A DNA stretch of 64,000 nucleotides, taken from positions 4,608,001-4,672,000 of the forward strand of contig CBDBDQ010000005.1 in NCBI GenBank assembly GCA_965203905.1, in the 5' to 3' direction. Within the stretch, counting starts at the first letter, position 1, and every line of letters starts with the position of its first letter. A program made the translations under genes and the position numbers. Below are positions 10,151-19,569 of the stretch, piece after piece. This DNA is from Spirochaetia bacterium. GTDB taxonomy: Bacteria > Spirochaetota > Spirochaetia > SZUA-6 > Bin103. The notes beneath the pieces are model-generated. The model was not told where the DNA came from and searched no databases. It saw nothing but the letters and a program-made list of their open reading frames with translations.

Positions 10151-11011
10151 TCAGGCTTTCAAACCACTGGTCGTGATACCTCTTACAAAATATCTTTGAA
10201 GAGGGAAAATCATGAATAGAGGAACAATCGCAGTAATAAAGCTTGCAACAGCGATGCGGTTCCAAAAGACTTCATGCTCTGATCTGGTAAGATACGCAAT
10301 GCTAACCTGCATCATTCTTAAGCTCTCTGTTTTGGCTGCTAGCAAAGGCCAGAAAAACGACTGCCACTGGGACAAGAACAATAACATTCCCGCGATAATG
10401 GCAGCGGGAGCAGATATTGGAACAAATACATTCCAGTAAATGCGGACCCAGCTGGAACCATCAACCAACGCGGCGTCTACAAGATCTTGAGGTATCCCCA
10501 AATAGAACTGCCGAAACAAGAATATACATAGACCGTTCGCGACTAAAGGAAGCACCAGCGCCATTATCGTATTGAGCCAGCCAAGCGCTTGAATAGTTAA
10601 GAAAAGTGGTACGACAACCGCCTCGAATGGAATCAGAAAAGACATTATGACCATAATAAATAATAGTCTCTTGGCGGGAAAATCGAATCTGGCGAAGCTA
10701 AATCCGGCCATCGAATTAACCAGGATTCCTGCAGCGATTGTAGCGACCGCGACAAGTATGGTTATGAAGATCGACTGTGCGAAGCCACCCTTAAATAGTG
10801 TAATCAAGGGCTCAACGGTAAACGGGGAGGGCACGAACGCCTTTATCGAAAAAGGTGATAGATCGGCAAAAACTCTATCCATCGGCTTGAATCCGGTCGG
10901 GATGATCCAAAAAAAAGGAAGTGTGATGAATACAGCGAATAGCGACATCAGAATGAGTCTGCTCAAATATACTACGCTGGTTCTTAATTTTCTGTCGAGA
11001 TCCGTGTTCAT
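10151..11011 (-). CDS. Carbohydrate ABC transporter permease (MalG-like)
   Basis: AGFSFARFDFP, EAA-loop IPQDLVDAALVDGS, C-terminal LQRYFVRGITTSGLK. Confidence 0.92.
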   Translation of the reverse strand: MNTDLDRKLRTSVVYLSRLILMSLFAVFITLPFFWIIPTGFKPMDRVFADLSPFSIKAFVPSPFTVEPLITLFKGGFAQSIFITILVAVATIAAGILVNSMAGFSFARFDFPAKRLLFIMVIMSFLIPFEAVVVPLFLTIQALGWLNTIMALVLPLVANGLCIFLFRQFYLGIPQDLVDAALVDGSSWVRIYWNVFVPISAPAAIIAGMLLFLSQWQSFFWPLLAAKTESLRMMQVSIAYLTRSEHEVFWNRIAVASFITAIVPLFMIFPLQRYFVRGITTSGLKA

Positions 11012-11923
11012 TTACTTCTCAAGGGTTCTTTGCTCGATGAGAATGATCACCAGCAGTACCATAAAAAGGATACATGTAAGAGTAAGCGATCGGGGAAAGT
11101 CCAAATGAATAAATGCACTTGCATATGTCTCGTACATGAGGGTGTTCGTCGAGATCTGGGGGCCGCCCCTGGTGAGTACGTAAATCGGAGAAAACAATAA
11201 GAAATTCGCTGATGTGTCAGCAATCACGATGAACAATAACACTCTTCTTAGCAACGGTAGCGTAATGTACCAAAATGTGTTCCAGGCGTTGCTACCATCA
11301 ATGCGAGCCGCCTCGTAAATCGTACTTGGTATGTCCTTCAGACCGGCCAAGAAAAACAGCATCCAATAAGAAATTCCATACCAAGACGCGATCAGAATTA
11401 TGGAGAAGAGCGCTTGTTTTGGTGATGTCAAGAATGGTTGTGGTGGAACTCCGATCAACTTCAACATGCTATTGATAAGGCCTTGATTCGGAGCCATCAA
11501 CAATCCCCATGTGGATGATGCGATCGTTATCGACATTCCTATAGGAAGCAGGTAGAGTATCCTGAAAAGCCTGTTGGTAAGTCCACTCTTCTGTATCAAC
11601 AGAGCTACAATCAATGAAAAAGCAATTTGAAATGGGTTTATGATAAAATTGAAGACAAATGTAACTCTCAAAGAGATCCAAAAGACGGGATCATGAAGCA
11701 GATCTAGATAGTTTTGGAGACCGACGAACGTAGACTGTCCCGCGCGCGAATAATCCAACCGAAACAGGCTTCCCGTAAACGTATTTATGACAGGAACGAT
11801 TCGAAAAAGTATGAGACCCGTAATTGCCGGAACCAAAAAAAGGTACGCAGCAACAGTACGACGCATACTGGCGAGAGCGAAAAACCCTCGTCCAGTATGC
11901 TTCTTGGGTATGACCAAACGCAA
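11012..11923 (-). CDS. Carbohydrate ABC transporter permease (MalF-like); true start may be the internal ATG (MRRTVAAY)
   Basis: FVGLQNY, EAA-loop IYEAARIDGS, LTRGGP. Confidence 0.9.
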   Translation of the reverse strand: MRLVIPKKHTGRGFFALASMRRTVAAYLFLVPAITGLILFRIVPVINTFTGSLFRLDYSRAGQSTFVGLQNYLDLLHDPVFWISLRVTFVFNFIINPFQIAFSLIVALLIQKSGLTNRLFRILYLLPIGMSITIASSTWGLLMAPNQGLINSMLKLIGVPPQPFLTSPKQALFSIILIASWYGISYWMLFFLAGLKDIPSTIYEAARIDGSNAWNTFWYITLPLLRRVLLFIVIADTSANFLLFSPIYVLTRGGPQISTNTLMYETYASAFIHLDFPRSLTLTCILFMVLLVIILIEQRTLEK

Positions 11924-11929
11924 CGGAGC

Positions 11930-13267
11930 TTAGCGGTATTTCACAGCTGCCCGTTCCAAGATATCCACATAGAGATCCAAAGTTTCTTTTGGATCCGCAC
12001 CATTGCGAATATCTTCGAATGCCTTGGCGACTTGATCCTCCCACTCGAGATACAAGGGCGTTGTCGGTCTTGGTTCCGCAGAATTAGCAAGCTCATGAAT
12101 CACTATATCACGCCAACTGCTATGGGGAAACTCAGCAAAATAGGGGTCTTCCGCTATTACCTCGGCCATTACCGTATTGGCGGTCATGAGCAGGCCCGTC
12201 GAAAACCAATCTTTCATTATGTCGTCGCTGGTGATATACTTAATAAACTGAACCGCAGCCTCGGGATTGTCACTGTATCGACTAACGCCGAGGTGCCATC
12301 CATTTGTGGCCGTAGCAGGCTTCCCATCTCCAAAATAGGGATGAGGTACTATGTCAAAATCTAATCGCCCTTCTTCTTTGGCCTTCATAAAGGCGCCGAT
12401 ATGCCAAGGGCCTCCAACATAGAAGCCGACGTCACCTGCGGCAAACACGCCTTCGGTCTGTTCTGGACCTATTCCTGGCGGGATTATCCTCAACGTATTG
12501 TTTAGATCATACCACCATTCCATAGCACGAATCCACCCTTCATTGTTGAGATATCCGTCTACATGCAGACCGTCCGGGCTGACTCCAGATCCTGCGCCTG
12601 CGGATTGCGGAATCGCAAGCATCTGATATGGACGACTGATTTGGTCGAACAACAGTCCCCATATTTTTGTTTCTCCAGGTTCGTTTAATAGTTGGATCTT
12701 TTGGGCAATTTCAACTACCTCATCCCAAGTCAATCGCTCATCAACATTGCGGGAAGGAATCGCAATCCCTGCTCTTCTGAAGAGTTCCTTATTTACGTAC
12801 ATGACCTGACTGGAATTCTCGAAAGGATAGGTGAACAGCTCACCATTCCAAGTCGCCATTCGAAGTGTAGCAGGAAAAAAACGTTCTTGTTCTTCTTCTG
12901 TTAAGTTATTACCCACTGGGATAAGGAATCCACGAACGGCATAAGAAGAAGTAAGTGGTGCATCGACGTACAAGACATCGACCTCGGAGCTCTTGGCGTT
13001 CATATATACTTCGATTGCCTGAAACAATTCTCGGAACGGGTGCAGCTCAACTTTCACGCTAATGCCAGTTTGCTCTTCAAACTTTCCAAGAACACTGTAC
13101 CCGTGTTTTTCTTCGAATGTGTCGAAAATACTTTCCACCCAACTACCAGCGATTAGTGTTATTTCGTCAGTGCCAACGGATTCTTGCGTGGCAGTGGCAA
13201 ATAACCTGTCCGCGCCCAGTAGTAATACTGAAACAATAATTCCGATACAAAGGGTCTTTAGTCGCAT
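11930..13267 (-). CDS. Sugar/nucleoside ABC transporter substrate-binding protein (family 1)
   Basis: GGAGG RBS before ATG 13267, signal peptide MRLKTLCIGIIVSVLLL, MYVNKELFRRAGI, TWDEV, GGPW. Confidence 0.9.
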   Translation of the reverse strand: MRLKTLCIGIIVSVLLLGADRLFATATQESVGTDEITLIAGSWVESIFDTFEEKHGYSVLGKFEEQTGISVKVELHPFRELFQAIEVYMNAKSSEVDVLYVDAPLTSSYAVRGFLIPVGNNLTEEEQERFFPATLRMATWNGELFTYPFENSSQVMYVNKELFRRAGIAIPSRNVDERLTWDEVVEIAQKIQLLNEPGETKIWGLLFDQISRPYQMLAIPQSAGAGSGVSPDGLHVDGYLNNEGWIRAMEWWYDLNNTLRIIPPGIGPEQTEGVFAAGDVGFYVGGPWHIGAFMKAKEEGRLDFDIVPHPYFGDGKPATATNGWHLGVSRYSDNPEAAVQFIKYITSDDIMKDWFSTGLLMTANTVMAEVIAEDPYFAEFPHSSWRDIVIHELANSAEPRPTTPLYLEWEDQVAKAFEDIRNGADPKETLDLYVDILERAAVKYR

Positions 13268-13974
13268 TTCTTCCCTCCAATCCTTGTTTAGTAGGAAGTG
13301 GGGCAACACCGGATCCGGTTCCTGGTGTCGGCAGGATTCACCCAGCCGGAGTTGCCAACCAGAGCGGCATTCCGGATGATTTCAGAACGCTACGTGATCA
13401 TTTCCTCCTCCCCAGGCTGGATATGCTATCATTGGGAACTAGCCGGGTGGAGACAGGGTATAGGCGTATCGAGTAGACGTCAACGACGCTGAGCGACGCG
13501 ATCGACTGAGTCATATTTCGGGTAATGAGAAGCAATTAAGAAGATATGGGTGGTTGGTTGGATAGCGCCGTTGGACTCGATGTAGTGGGTTGGGGCCGAT
13601 AGGGATGTGATCTCGCTTTCCGGCCGTCGGACTTGAGGCGTGCTCCCGGGGCGGGGTGAGGTGCCGTGGTATTTCGATGCCTACTTGATCTGCTTCGTTG
13701 CGACGGCGGCGGAAGGCACGTTCGGATTCTTCAGCAAGGGTGCGGCTTGCGACGATTCTCGCGAGCGGGCGTGGCCCACGGTGTCAACTCCGGCGAAGAG
13801 GTCTTCGTCATCGACACCGAAAAGACATGACCGGACGGGCCGATCTGCACCGGGGCCTTGTCGGCCTCGGGTTCCGGCGTGACCCACCGTAGCAAGCCGA
13901 TATGGTCGCCGGGCGTCCTCGCGTACGGTGCCGTGATAGGCGGAGAGCGGCCCGCAGGCAACCCGCGGCACTGC

Positions 13975-15483
13975 CTAACGAGCCATGGGACCGGCCCAGC
14001 TCGCCTCCTCCATGTTGGTCAGGTCTTCCCACGGATACAGCGGCCGCGTCGTCTGCGTGAACTGGAACGGCTTCAGATACGGTGACGAGCAGCCGGGCGC
14101 GGTGCAGAACAGAATGCCCGCCGCAAACGGCTGGTAGTCGTTGCGGAAGCCCTCCGGGCTCTTGGCGAGCACGATCTTGAAGTCCCGTGGATCGACCCCC
14201 GCAGCATGGTAGAGGAGCGGCGAGCTGCCGGGGCCGCTCTTCTCTACCAGCACCACGGTGACCTCGCCCGCGCGGATGCGCGCCATGCGTCCCATGTGGA
14301 CCGGGAAGTTGTGGCCGCCATGGCCGCTCAGCCGGTAAGCCAGCGTGCCCAGCCGCTCCACGTGCGCGCTCACCGCCAGCGGCTCGGAGTACGGATCGCG
14401 CTTGCCGCCGACGCTCAGTTGCACCGTGGCGCCGACGCCGGCCTGGGTGCAGCGGTCAACCGACTCCGGGTCCACGCAGAAAGCCAGCGCCCCCCCGCCG
14501 CCGATCGGCTCGCCGAGCAGCGCCGCCAGCAGGTGCGTGCTGTCGCCGGGCGCTCCGCTGTTGGTGGCGTCGTGGAACTCCGACACCGCCACCGGCCCGC
14601 CGTCGATGGCGCGCGCCGCGGCAACCAGCTCGTCGGGGGTAATGAACCGCTCTTCCTCCGTGTAGCCGCGCGTCGCCCAGCACTCCCGCGCGACCGACTG
14701 CGGATCCAGCGGCGGCTCCACGCCCCAATATGCCTGGTAGAAGGCCCAGCCCAGGTACGGGGCGTCGAGCCACGCCTGCACCGGGTACAGGCCGATCGAG
14801 GCCACGTCTTCCGCCGCTTCGGCCGCCACGATGCGGCGCCACAGCTCGCGCTGGATGCCGCGGTCGGTGGAGCGGCCGTCGCCGTTGTGCACCATCGGCA
14901 TCTTCCAGGCGCTCACCGCCGGCCGCTCGGGAGTGTCCAGCAGGCGCGCCAGCACCGCGGCGGCGCGAGCGCCGGTCAGGTCCTCATCGACGTGCGGATG
15001 GGTGTGATAGCCGACCAGCACATCGGCCGCGCGCACCATGAGCGGCGTCAGGTTGGCGTGCAGATCCAGCGTGGCCACCACCGGCGTGCCCGGCCCGACC
15101 GCCCCGCGGATTGCCTCCAGCACCCGTCCCGACACGTCCGGGTCGTCCACCGCCAATTGCGCGCCGTGCAGGGAGAGCAGCACGCCGTCGACCGCACCGC
15201 CGCGCAACGGCTCGACGGTCATCTCGATCAGCTCGGCCAGCAGGCCGCGAGCGAGCGGGCCGCCCGACCAGGAAACCGCCCGGCACAGGCCGACCCACTC
15301 CACGGGCTGGCCGAGGATCTGCGGCAGCTCGGTGAACCCGGACAGCTCGCCCACGTCCCCGTAGCGCTCGACGATGTCAGCGCCGCGGACCAGACCGTAG
15401 TCCTCGAAGTGGGAGCGCTCGGTGAGCACGGGATTGAAGCTGTTGGTCTCCTGGCGGACCTGCCCTATGGCGATACGTTTCAT
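13975..15483 (-). CDS. M81 family metallopeptidase (MlrC-like)
   Basis: QETNSFNP, LSLHGA, TLDLHAN, GYHTHPHVD. Start ATG 15483. Confidence 0.9.
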   Translation of the reverse strand: MKRIAIGQVRQETNSFNPVLTERSHFEDYGLVRGADIVERYGDVGELSGFTELPQILGQPVEWVGLCRAVSWSGGPLARGLLAELIEMTVEPLRGGAVDGVLLSLHGAQLAVDDPDVSGRVLEAIRGAVGPGTPVVATLDLHANLTPLMVRAADVLVGYHTHPHVDEDLTGARAAAVLARLLDTPERPAVSAWKMPMVHNGDGRSTDRGIQRELWRRIVAAEAAEDVASIGLYPVQAWLDAPYLGWAFYQAYWGVEPPLDPQSVARECWATRGYTEEERFITPDELVAAARAIDGGPVAVSEFHDATNSGAPGDSTHLLAALLGEPIGGGGALAFCVDPESVDRCTQAGVGATVQLSVGGKRDPYSEPLAVSAHVERLGTLAYRLSGHGGHNFPVHMGRMARIRAGEVTVVLVEKSGPGSSPLLYHAAGVDPRDFKIVLAKSPEGFRNDYQPFAAGILFCTAPGCSSPYLKPFQFTQTTRPLYPWEDLTNMEEASWAGPMAR

Positions 15484-15500
15484 CGCTGCTATTTCGCGGA

Positions 15501-15546
15501 CGGTATCGCGTCCAATGCTACCGACACGCAAGCATCAGGAGTAGGG
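15501..15546. repeat. Direct repeat copy B (overlaps the oppC stop codon and the promoter region of the M81 gene)
   Basis: Matches 8253-8298. Contains a minus-strand TAGCAT -10-like hexamer. Confidence 0.9.
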
Positions 15547-16653
15547 GTCTGCCGCGTCGCGCAGGCCGTCGCCGAGGAAGTTGTACAGCAGCACGGTGAG
15601 CACCACGAACAGGCAGGGGATCAACAGCCACGGCTGGCGCGACACCGCCTGGAAGTTCTGCGCGTCCTGCAGCAGCGTTCCCCAGCTCACCGCGGGCGGC
15701 TGGATCCCCAGGCCGAGAAAGCTGAGCGCGGTCTCGCCGAGGATCATGCCGGGGATCGCCAGCGTCAGGGACACGATCACGTAGCTCAGGAACGACGGCA
15801 GCAGGTGGCCGAAGATGATGGCGCGCTCGCTGGCCGCCGCCACCACCGCCGCCATCACGAAATCCTCCTCGCGCAGCGACAGGAAGCGGCCGCGCACCAC
15901 GCGCGCCAGGTGGGTCCACCCCACCAGCGACAGGATCAGGGTGATCGCGAAGTAGGTGGTGAGCACCGACCACTGCCGGGGCACCGCCGCCGCCAGCCCC
16001 ATCCACAGGGGAATGGTAGGGATCGAGGCCAGCAGGTCGACCAGCCGCATCACCACGCGGTCCACCACGCCGCCGAAGTAGCCCGCCACGCCGCCGAGCA
16101 GCACCCCCAGCACGGTGCTGATCAGCACCCCCGCCAGGCCGATCGACAGCGAGATGCGCGCCGCGTGCAGCACCCGCGAGAACAGGTCGCGCCCCAACCG
16201 GTCGGTGCCGAACAGGAACAGGGGAGCGCCCTCGGCGGCGGGCACGAACAGGTGGGTGCGGGTCTTGAAGGTGCCCCAGAAGCGGTATTCCTCGCCTTGC
16301 GCGAGAAAGCGCACCCGGTAGCGCCGCTCGCGGTCCGGCTCGTAGATCTTGCGCATGGTGTGCGGGTGGCGCTCCACGCGCAGGCCGTACACGAATGCAC
16401 CACCGCTGTCGCCGGCGCCGAGCAGGCGGATGCGGTTGGGAGGGGCGCTCAGGTAGTCGGGGAAGCGCGTGCTGACGCCGTAGGGCGCGATGAAGTCGGC
16501 GAACAGCGCTACCAGGTAGATGCACGCCAGGGCGGGGCCGGCCACCAGCGCGAGCCGGTGGCGGCGGAACTTCCACCACATCATCTGCCACTGCGAGGCG
16601 ACGAAGTAGCTCTCGTCGGTGGTGCGGATGCGGGTCCGGGCGCGGGCGGTCAT
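15535..16653 (-). CDS. Peptide/oligosaccharide ABC transporter permease (OppC/DppC-like)
   Basis: ASQWQMMWWKFRRHR, FGTDRLGRDLFSR, ETALSFLGLG, GDGLRDAADPYS. Start ATG 16653 overlaps the oppB stop. Confidence 0.93.
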   Translation of the reverse strand: MTARARTRIRTTDESYFVASQWQMMWWKFRRHRLALVAGPALACIYLVALFADFIAPYGVSTRFPDYLSAPPNRIRLLGAGDSGGAFVYGLRVERHPHTMRKIYEPDRERRYRVRFLAQGEEYRFWGTFKTRTHLFVPAAEGAPLFLFGTDRLGRDLFSRVLHAARISLSIGLAGVLISTVLGVLLGGVAGYFGGVVDRVVMRLVDLLASIPTIPLWMGLAAAVPRQWSVLTTYFAITLILSLVGWTHLARVVRGRFLSLREEDFVMAAVVAAASERAIIFGHLLPSFLSYVIVSLTLAIPGMILGETALSFLGLGIQPPAVSWGTLLQDAQNFQAVSRQPWLLIPCLFVVLTVLLYNFLGDGLRDAADPYS

Positions 16654-17648
16654 GTTTCCAGTTGATCGAACCGGATGCGCGGATCGACCCAGGCCAGCAC
16701 GATGTCGGAGATCAGGTTGCCCACCAGCACCAGCGCCGACAGCACCATGATGAAGCTGCCCGCCAGGTACATGTCCTGCGCCACCAGCGCGCCCAGCAGC
16801 ACCGGTCCGGTGGTGGGCAGGTTGAGTACGATCGAGGTGATGGTGGCCCCGGAGATGATGCTCGGCAGCAGCCAGCCGATGCCGCTGATGATCGGGTTGA
16901 TCGCCAGCCGCACCGGGTACTTGAACAGCAGGTGGCGCTCGCCGACTCCCTTGGCGCGCGCGGTCACCACGTACTGCTTGCGCAACTCGTCGAGCAAGGT
17001 GGCGCGCATGATCCGGATCAGCGCGGCCATTCCCGCCGTGCCCACCACCAGCACCGGCGCCCACAGCCGCTGCAGCAGGTTCCACACCCGCGCCAGGCTC
17101 CACGGCGCGTCCACGAACTCGGAGCCGAACAGACCGGTGATGGCGACGCCGAAGTAGCGGAACGAGATCCACAGCAGCACCAGGGCGAGCAGGAAGTTGG
17201 GGATCGCCAGCCCGGCGAAGCCCCAGAAGGTCCAGAAGTAGTCGAAGAACGAGTACTGGCGCACCGCCGAGAACACCCCGATCGGCACCGCCACCACGTA
17301 GGTGAAGATCAAGGTGGAGATCGCCACCAGCAGGGTCAGCCCGAGGCGCTCGCCGATCACCACCGACACCGGCCGGTCGTGGGCGAACGACCAGCCCAGG
17401 TTGCCGCGGGTGACGATGTTGCGCAGCCAGGTGAAGTAGCGGGCGTACACCGGCTTGTCGAGCCCGTAGAAGGCCGACAGGTTGGCCACCTGCGCCTCGG
17501 TGACGCGGTTGCCCTGCGACTCCAGCGTGAGCACGTAGGAGGTGAGGTAGTCGCCCGGCGGCAACTCGATGATCAGGAAGCTCAGCGCCGAGACCAGCAG
17601 CAGGAGCGGGACGAAGCCCGCTACCCGCCGCGCGATGTAGACCAGCAC
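16650..17648 (-). CDS. Peptide/oligosaccharide ABC transporter permease (OppB/DppB-like)
   Basis: LPPGDY, YGLDKP, YVVTARAKG, DPRIR. Confidence 0.93.
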   Translation of the reverse strand: MLVYIARRVAGFVPLLLLVSALSFLIIELPPGDYLTSYVLTLESQGNRVTEAQVANLSAFYGLDKPVYARYFTWLRNIVTRGNLGWSFAHDRPVSVVIGERLGLTLLVAISTLIFTYVVAVPIGVFSAVRQYSFFDYFWTFWGFAGLAIPNFLLALVLLWISFRYFGVAITGLFGSEFVDAPWSLARVWNLLQRLWAPVLVVGTAGMAALIRIMRATLLDELRKQYVVTARAKGVGERHLLFKYPVRLAINPIISGIGWLLPSIISGATITSIVLNLPTTGPVLLGALVAQDMYLAGSFIMVLSALVLVGNLISDIVLAWVDPRIRFDQLET

Positions 17649-17810
17649 CGGGGTGGCGACGCCCTCAGCCCCGCGCGCGCGGAACGTGCGGCGCCGCCGG
17701 CCCCGGCGAGAGCGTGCCTGTCAATACCGTGTCAACTGACCGAGAATAGCGGCCACCGCGTACCGCCCCATGCCTCGTTTCATGGTGTTCAGTGTCACGG
17801 AGTGACCGTG

Positions 17811-18917
17811 CTAATTCCCGTAGAAGAGCTGCTCGGCGCTGTAGATCACCCACTGTGCCACGCCCTCGGTGAACACGTTGTCGAGCCGGTCGTTGACGAT
17901 CAGCACCGTGCCCGGATTGTAGGTCACGTTGATCTGCGGAATGGTGTCGTAGAAGGTCTGCTGGTAGCGGTCGACGATCTCCTGGTCCCACGGGATCCCG
18001 GGACCGATGCCGATGCCCAGCGCGTACAGCTCCTGGAACCATTCCGGCGGTTCTTCGCCCTCGGCGCCGTCGGAGTGGTACCACTGCCGCCACAACGGGA
18101 TGTGGTGGATCAGGTGGTGCTTGGCGTGGCCGAAGGCGTGCATGGTGGTGGCCTCGTTCCATACCGTGTCGATCTGCAGTTGATTGGCGTTGCGGTGCTC
18201 GAACAGGAGGCCGATCTCCACCACCTTGAGGGTGGTGAAGATGCCCACCGCCTTGTAGTGCTCGGCGACCAGCTCGTTGGCCGGCACCGTGTCCGGCAGG
18301 TGCGCCGCCACCTCCAGGTTGATCTCGAAGCGCTCGCCGTCCGGGCCCAGCCGCCAGCCGTCGTTGTCGCGCTTGTCGAGGCCCACCTCGTCGAGCAGCC
18401 GGTTGGCTTCCTCGGGATTGAACTCGGCCGGTACCCACACCGGCGGCGAGGCGAAGCCGTAGTACACCGCGTCGATGATCTCGTCGCGGTTGATCGCCAG
18501 GTTCAGCGCTTTGCGGAAGCGCAGGTCGCCGGCGAACTGGCGCCACACCGGATCGTCGTAGGCGAAGTTGAAGGCGTGCACCACCGGGTTGTAGGGGACT
18601 CCCGAGCCGAGCGCCCGGTAACCGTTGCCCTCGTTCTCGCGGTACAGGGGCAACGACGAGATCTTGGCCAGCTCGTCGGCCAGGTCCACCTCGCCGGCGA
18701 TGATCTTCAGGTTGGCGCCCTCCGGACCCTCCACCTTGGCGCTGACGATGCGGTCGATGTAGGGGAGCTGGTTGCCGGCCGCGTCCACCTTGAAGTAGTA
18801 GGGGTTGCGCTCGAATATCGTCTGCGTCGGCGTGCTGCTGGTAACCAGCCACGGGTGCAGCACCGGAATGTCGACCACGTCGGGGGTCTTGCCTTCCCAC
18901 GGGGTCAGCATCTTGAC
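17811..18917 (-). pseudogene. 5'-truncated family-5 (OppA-like) solute-binding protein
   Basis: ERNPYYFKVDAAGNQLPYID and FRKALNLAINRDEI match the paralogue at 26280-28241 only from about its residue 260. Signal peptide and N-lobe are missing; the gene is fused directly to repeat-element DNA at ~18914-18918. Confidence 0.85.
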
Positions 18918-19569
18918 ACTCGGCGTCGATCACCACCTTCAGCTCCCAGCGGCCCTCGCCCAGCGCGCGCATGCGATCGGCCGGCGGCGCCAGCTCGGGA
19001 GCCACCCCGGCCAACAACTGCTTCACCTCGCGGGTGCTCTTGCCGCTCGCCTGCTCCACCAGCTCCTGCCGCTGCGCCGCGTCCAGCGCCGGCACCGGTC
19101 GCGCCGGCGCCGCTGCCCCGGCCCCCAAAGCCCCCGCCTCCGGCGCCGGCCCCGTGCCGCCCGGCAGCAGCTTCGGTGCCTCGGGCGGCGAGCCGCAGTC
19201 GGTGGCGGCGGTGGCCGTGCGCTGCAGGAGATCGAAGGTGTTCTGCAACTGCGCCGCCGCGCTCAGGGAGAGCGAGCCGTCCTGCAGCCGCTCGCGTGAC
19301 CCGGCGGTATCGGAGCACAGGCGCATGGCTTTGATACGGCGCCACGCGGCACCCTCGCTGTAGCCCAGCTCGCGCACGGCGTAGTCGAACAGGCTGGAGA
19401 ACCCGAGGCGCAGGTGCAGGTGGCGGGCGTGGATCTCGCGCAGGTGGTCGAGGACGGCGAGCTGCAGCGCCTGCTCGTGCAGGACGAGGGACCTGGTATG
19501 CGCCAGCAGCACCTGGTCGGGGAGCCCGGAGAGCGAGGAGGAGAAGCTGGTAGGGGTCGCGTAAGACAT
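18914..19569 (-). pseudogene. N-terminal ~218 codons of a DUF222-like/HNH endonuclease-family protein, 3'-truncated
   Basis: LSGLPDQVLLAHTRSLVLHEQ…HLREIHARHLHLRLGFSSLFDYAVRELGYSEGAAWRRIKAMRL is near-identical to 62903+. Similarity stops at KVVIDAECQ. Confidence 0.8.

Larger units (their letters stand above)
9150..13600. other. AT-richer horizontally acquired island
   Basis: Abrupt shift to A/T-rich codon usage (about 45-50% GC by eye) over four genes. Boundaries are approximate. Confidence 0.85.

Noticed and set aside
13640-13971. Short ORFs between the island and the M81 peptidase
   Set aside because: No recognisable motif, RBS or consistent frame. Possibly a gene relic, but it cannot be supported.
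17665-19569. 634-aa ORF as a genuine full-length protein
   Set aside because: After codon ~218 it reads out of frame through the oppA remnant; it is a by-product of the deletion junction.
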